Origin: Oculina patagonica
Lineage: Eukaryota
DNA: 64,000 bases
Reading direction: 5' to 3'
Assembly (NCBI RefSeq): GCF_052425735.1
Contig: NC_135759.1
Coordinates: 23,870,001 to 23,934,000 of the forward strand
Shown here: positions 62,001 to 64,000 of the stretch, piece after piece
How positions within the stretch are numbered: position 1 is the first letter of the stretch
Layout of the letters: each line of letters opens with the position of its first letter
The notes under the pieces: model-generated
Seen by the model: only the letters and a program-made list of their open reading frames with translations
Told to the model about the DNA's origin: nothing
The model's database searches: none
Made by a program: the position numbers and the translations under genes

Positions 62001-63638
62001 ATTACCATTTAAGTGTGAAAATTGACACCTCGTATTTGTTTGGGAAATACTAAACTACATGCATGTGTAGATCACCTGTGCACAATTTCTTGTGCAGGTA
62101 ATAATTATCATATTGGGAGTAAGAACAGCAATACCAGTAAAATTACATACAGTATTGTGTTACATTTACAGTCGAACCTCTTCAATACAAACACCAAAGG
62201 AGTGCCTTACCTCTTTTTTCCTTCTCAGATACTTTCTCAGAACTCTCTGGCACTTTAGATGGCATTACAGTCTCAGCCTCCTTCTCAACAGAGGCAGCAA
62301 TAGCAAGGTCCACAGAGGACACACCCACGTGATCGAGGGTTGACACAGCTGCCGTAGGGGACTTGACTTTTCCACCTGGAACCTTTGGCTGTTTGACAGT
62401 CGGAGCCTCAGGTTTGGTCTCAGTATGCTGGACACCTTGCTGCACCTCTTTCTCAACTGATGTGGCAATGGCAAGATCCACAGCAGAAATGGCTGTTTGA
62501 TCAATTGACGACACTGATGCCACTGAAGTTTGACTCTCAGTTATGGGCTTAACTGCCTTTCTTAATGGAAAATCTGCATCCTAGCACCAAGAAAAAAAAC
62601 TTACAAGGCTTACTTTTATGATGTGTCAACCTACGGCCTTGAAAGAAATGGCTCTGTTAAAACATAAAAAGAAAAAGGTTTAAAAATGTGTATATCTCCG
62701 TATAATTTATAGTACCTAGGATATCCCTAAACTATAGCTTATTATGCAGCTCTCAGTGTCATGGTAAATATAGTCATGTTGTATCTCACATACGTATCAG
62801 GAAAAAAAAGATTCAAAAGTTATTGGGGTGGTCGATCAAGTCACCAATAGGGTGGGAGGAACAATTTTATGTTTTTAAAATGCAGATCTTTCCGAGGCAA
62901 TTTTGGTAACAAAAATTCAAATTAAATAAACAAAAATTGACCAAGTTAAGACATAACAGTATGTGTTACCTGGAAAGATAAATGTACACAAAAATGTTCA
63001 AATGTACCAACAGAATGCACAAATAAATGTGGCGCATATATGACTTGATTTAAGTCGTCACGTTAGTTGTTTTTTTTTTTGTTTCAGAAAGCTCCATTTT
63101 CTTCATTGACAGAGGATGTGGCTGTATTTTGAAACTATGCATGCACTTAAAACATGTAGTTGCCACTTTAACACATTCATGTTTGGGTTAACGACTTTTC
63201 ATACTAAACCATGCTTTAGAGGTTAAAAGTGCTTTTAAATCTACTACTAGAAAATCCCAGCAACGATTAATATTTTAAGCCTTTCTATTCTCGGTATACC
63301 AGAATATACTAACTTGTTTAGTTAACAACAAATTTAGATATCTTACCTTTTGTGTACTCTTAGGCGCTGACAGACCAAGATTCAAAGGATCACCAGCAGG
63401 TGGGAGAGGTTTAGTGCCTCCTTGAGCACTGGTTGGTTTATTATCAGCTGGCTTGTTCCTGTTGCCTAGGTAGCGATCCAATGTACCAAGAAGAGGTTCA
63501 ACACCTGGAAGATTCTTGTGCACAAAACTGCGGAATTCTGTGTTGTAGGAATATGCCAAAGCCGCAGCTATCACACTTCCAGCGCAAACTGCAGTCACTC
63601 CTCCGACTATTTTCCCAGTTGAAGAGCCTTTGGCTGAC
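56027..63638 (-). CDS. IMMT: MICOS complex subunit MIC60 (mitofilin); 5' exon(s) lie beyond the window
   Basis: Phase-consistent exons 63638-63347, 62580-62211, 61768-61488, 59649-59360, 58146-57942, 57533-57412, 56732-56027. N-terminal TM followed by FRSFVHKNLP, coiled coil, LRRQAAAYSDHLAEVL, and the C-terminal mitofilin domain (DLLARAEYYVRRGDLELATRLVNQLRGEPRNLAHDWLLEARLLLETRQA). Confidence 0.95.
60807..61342. mobile_element. MITE, TA target duplication, in an IMMT intron
   Basis: TA|CCTTATTATAGGAAATTAACGC … GCGTTAATTTCCTATAATAAGG|TA, with many GTTAATTT motifs and an internal ~39-bp tandem duplication. Confidence 0.88.
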
Positions 63639-64000
63639 CTTATACAAAGAAATTATCAGATTATAGGTGATTATACAATACATACAATTATCCTGGACAA
63701 AAGAGTACCTCCCAAGGTGGGGGGGGGGGGGGGGAATTGGAAATGAGGGAACATGACATCGTTTATTTCAAGGGAACATGGGATTATTGGTTTATTTTGA
63801 GGGAAAAAAGGATTATTATTATTAACAGTGGCTTGGCAAGGAAGAAATAAATTATTTAATTAATGGAGAACAAGGAAAAAAATGCAAAACAATTTTTAAA
63901 ACATGAAGGTAACATGTACCTCCCCTCCCCCGCCCAGGAGACCCCCACTAAATATGCCCATCCCCTAGGGTCAACCCCTCCCAACTATAGTGCCCAGGGG

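Overview
Eukaryotic, AT-rich, intron-containing DNA. The repeat families and gene content point to a cnidarian, probably a stony coral (inference). No prokaryotic features, rRNA or CRISPR were seen. Gene order: (1) the 3' half of an SLC17/sialin-like anion transporter (+, 889-7995); (2) a cluster of four secreted-protein genes that all combine a signal peptide, one TSP1/TSR repeat and a C-terminal PAN/Apple domain: 9763-11695 (-), 17199-30390 (+, with an added F5/8C discoidin domain, 12-nt microexon and Ser/Thr mucin stalk), 32105-33976 (+) and 52336-54732 (+); (3) the 3' seven coding exons of IMMT/MIC60 (-, 56027-63638). All exon chains were assembled by eye with GT-AG boundaries and consistent phases. 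Between the third and fourth TSR-PAN genes is an ~18 kb block rich in transposon relics. It holds a decayed Merlin/ISXO2-like transposase, an E2F-motif hairpin, orphan splice-competent exons on both strands, and a 2161-bp foldback element with 717-bp terminal inverted repeats, a 7-bp target-site duplication and a captured PIF1-helicase fragment. The most notable items are the TSR-PAN secreted family, the duplicated splice acceptors in its largest member (decoy acceptors that give a stop; in-frame acceptors that could tune stalk length), and the PIF1-carrying foldback transposon.
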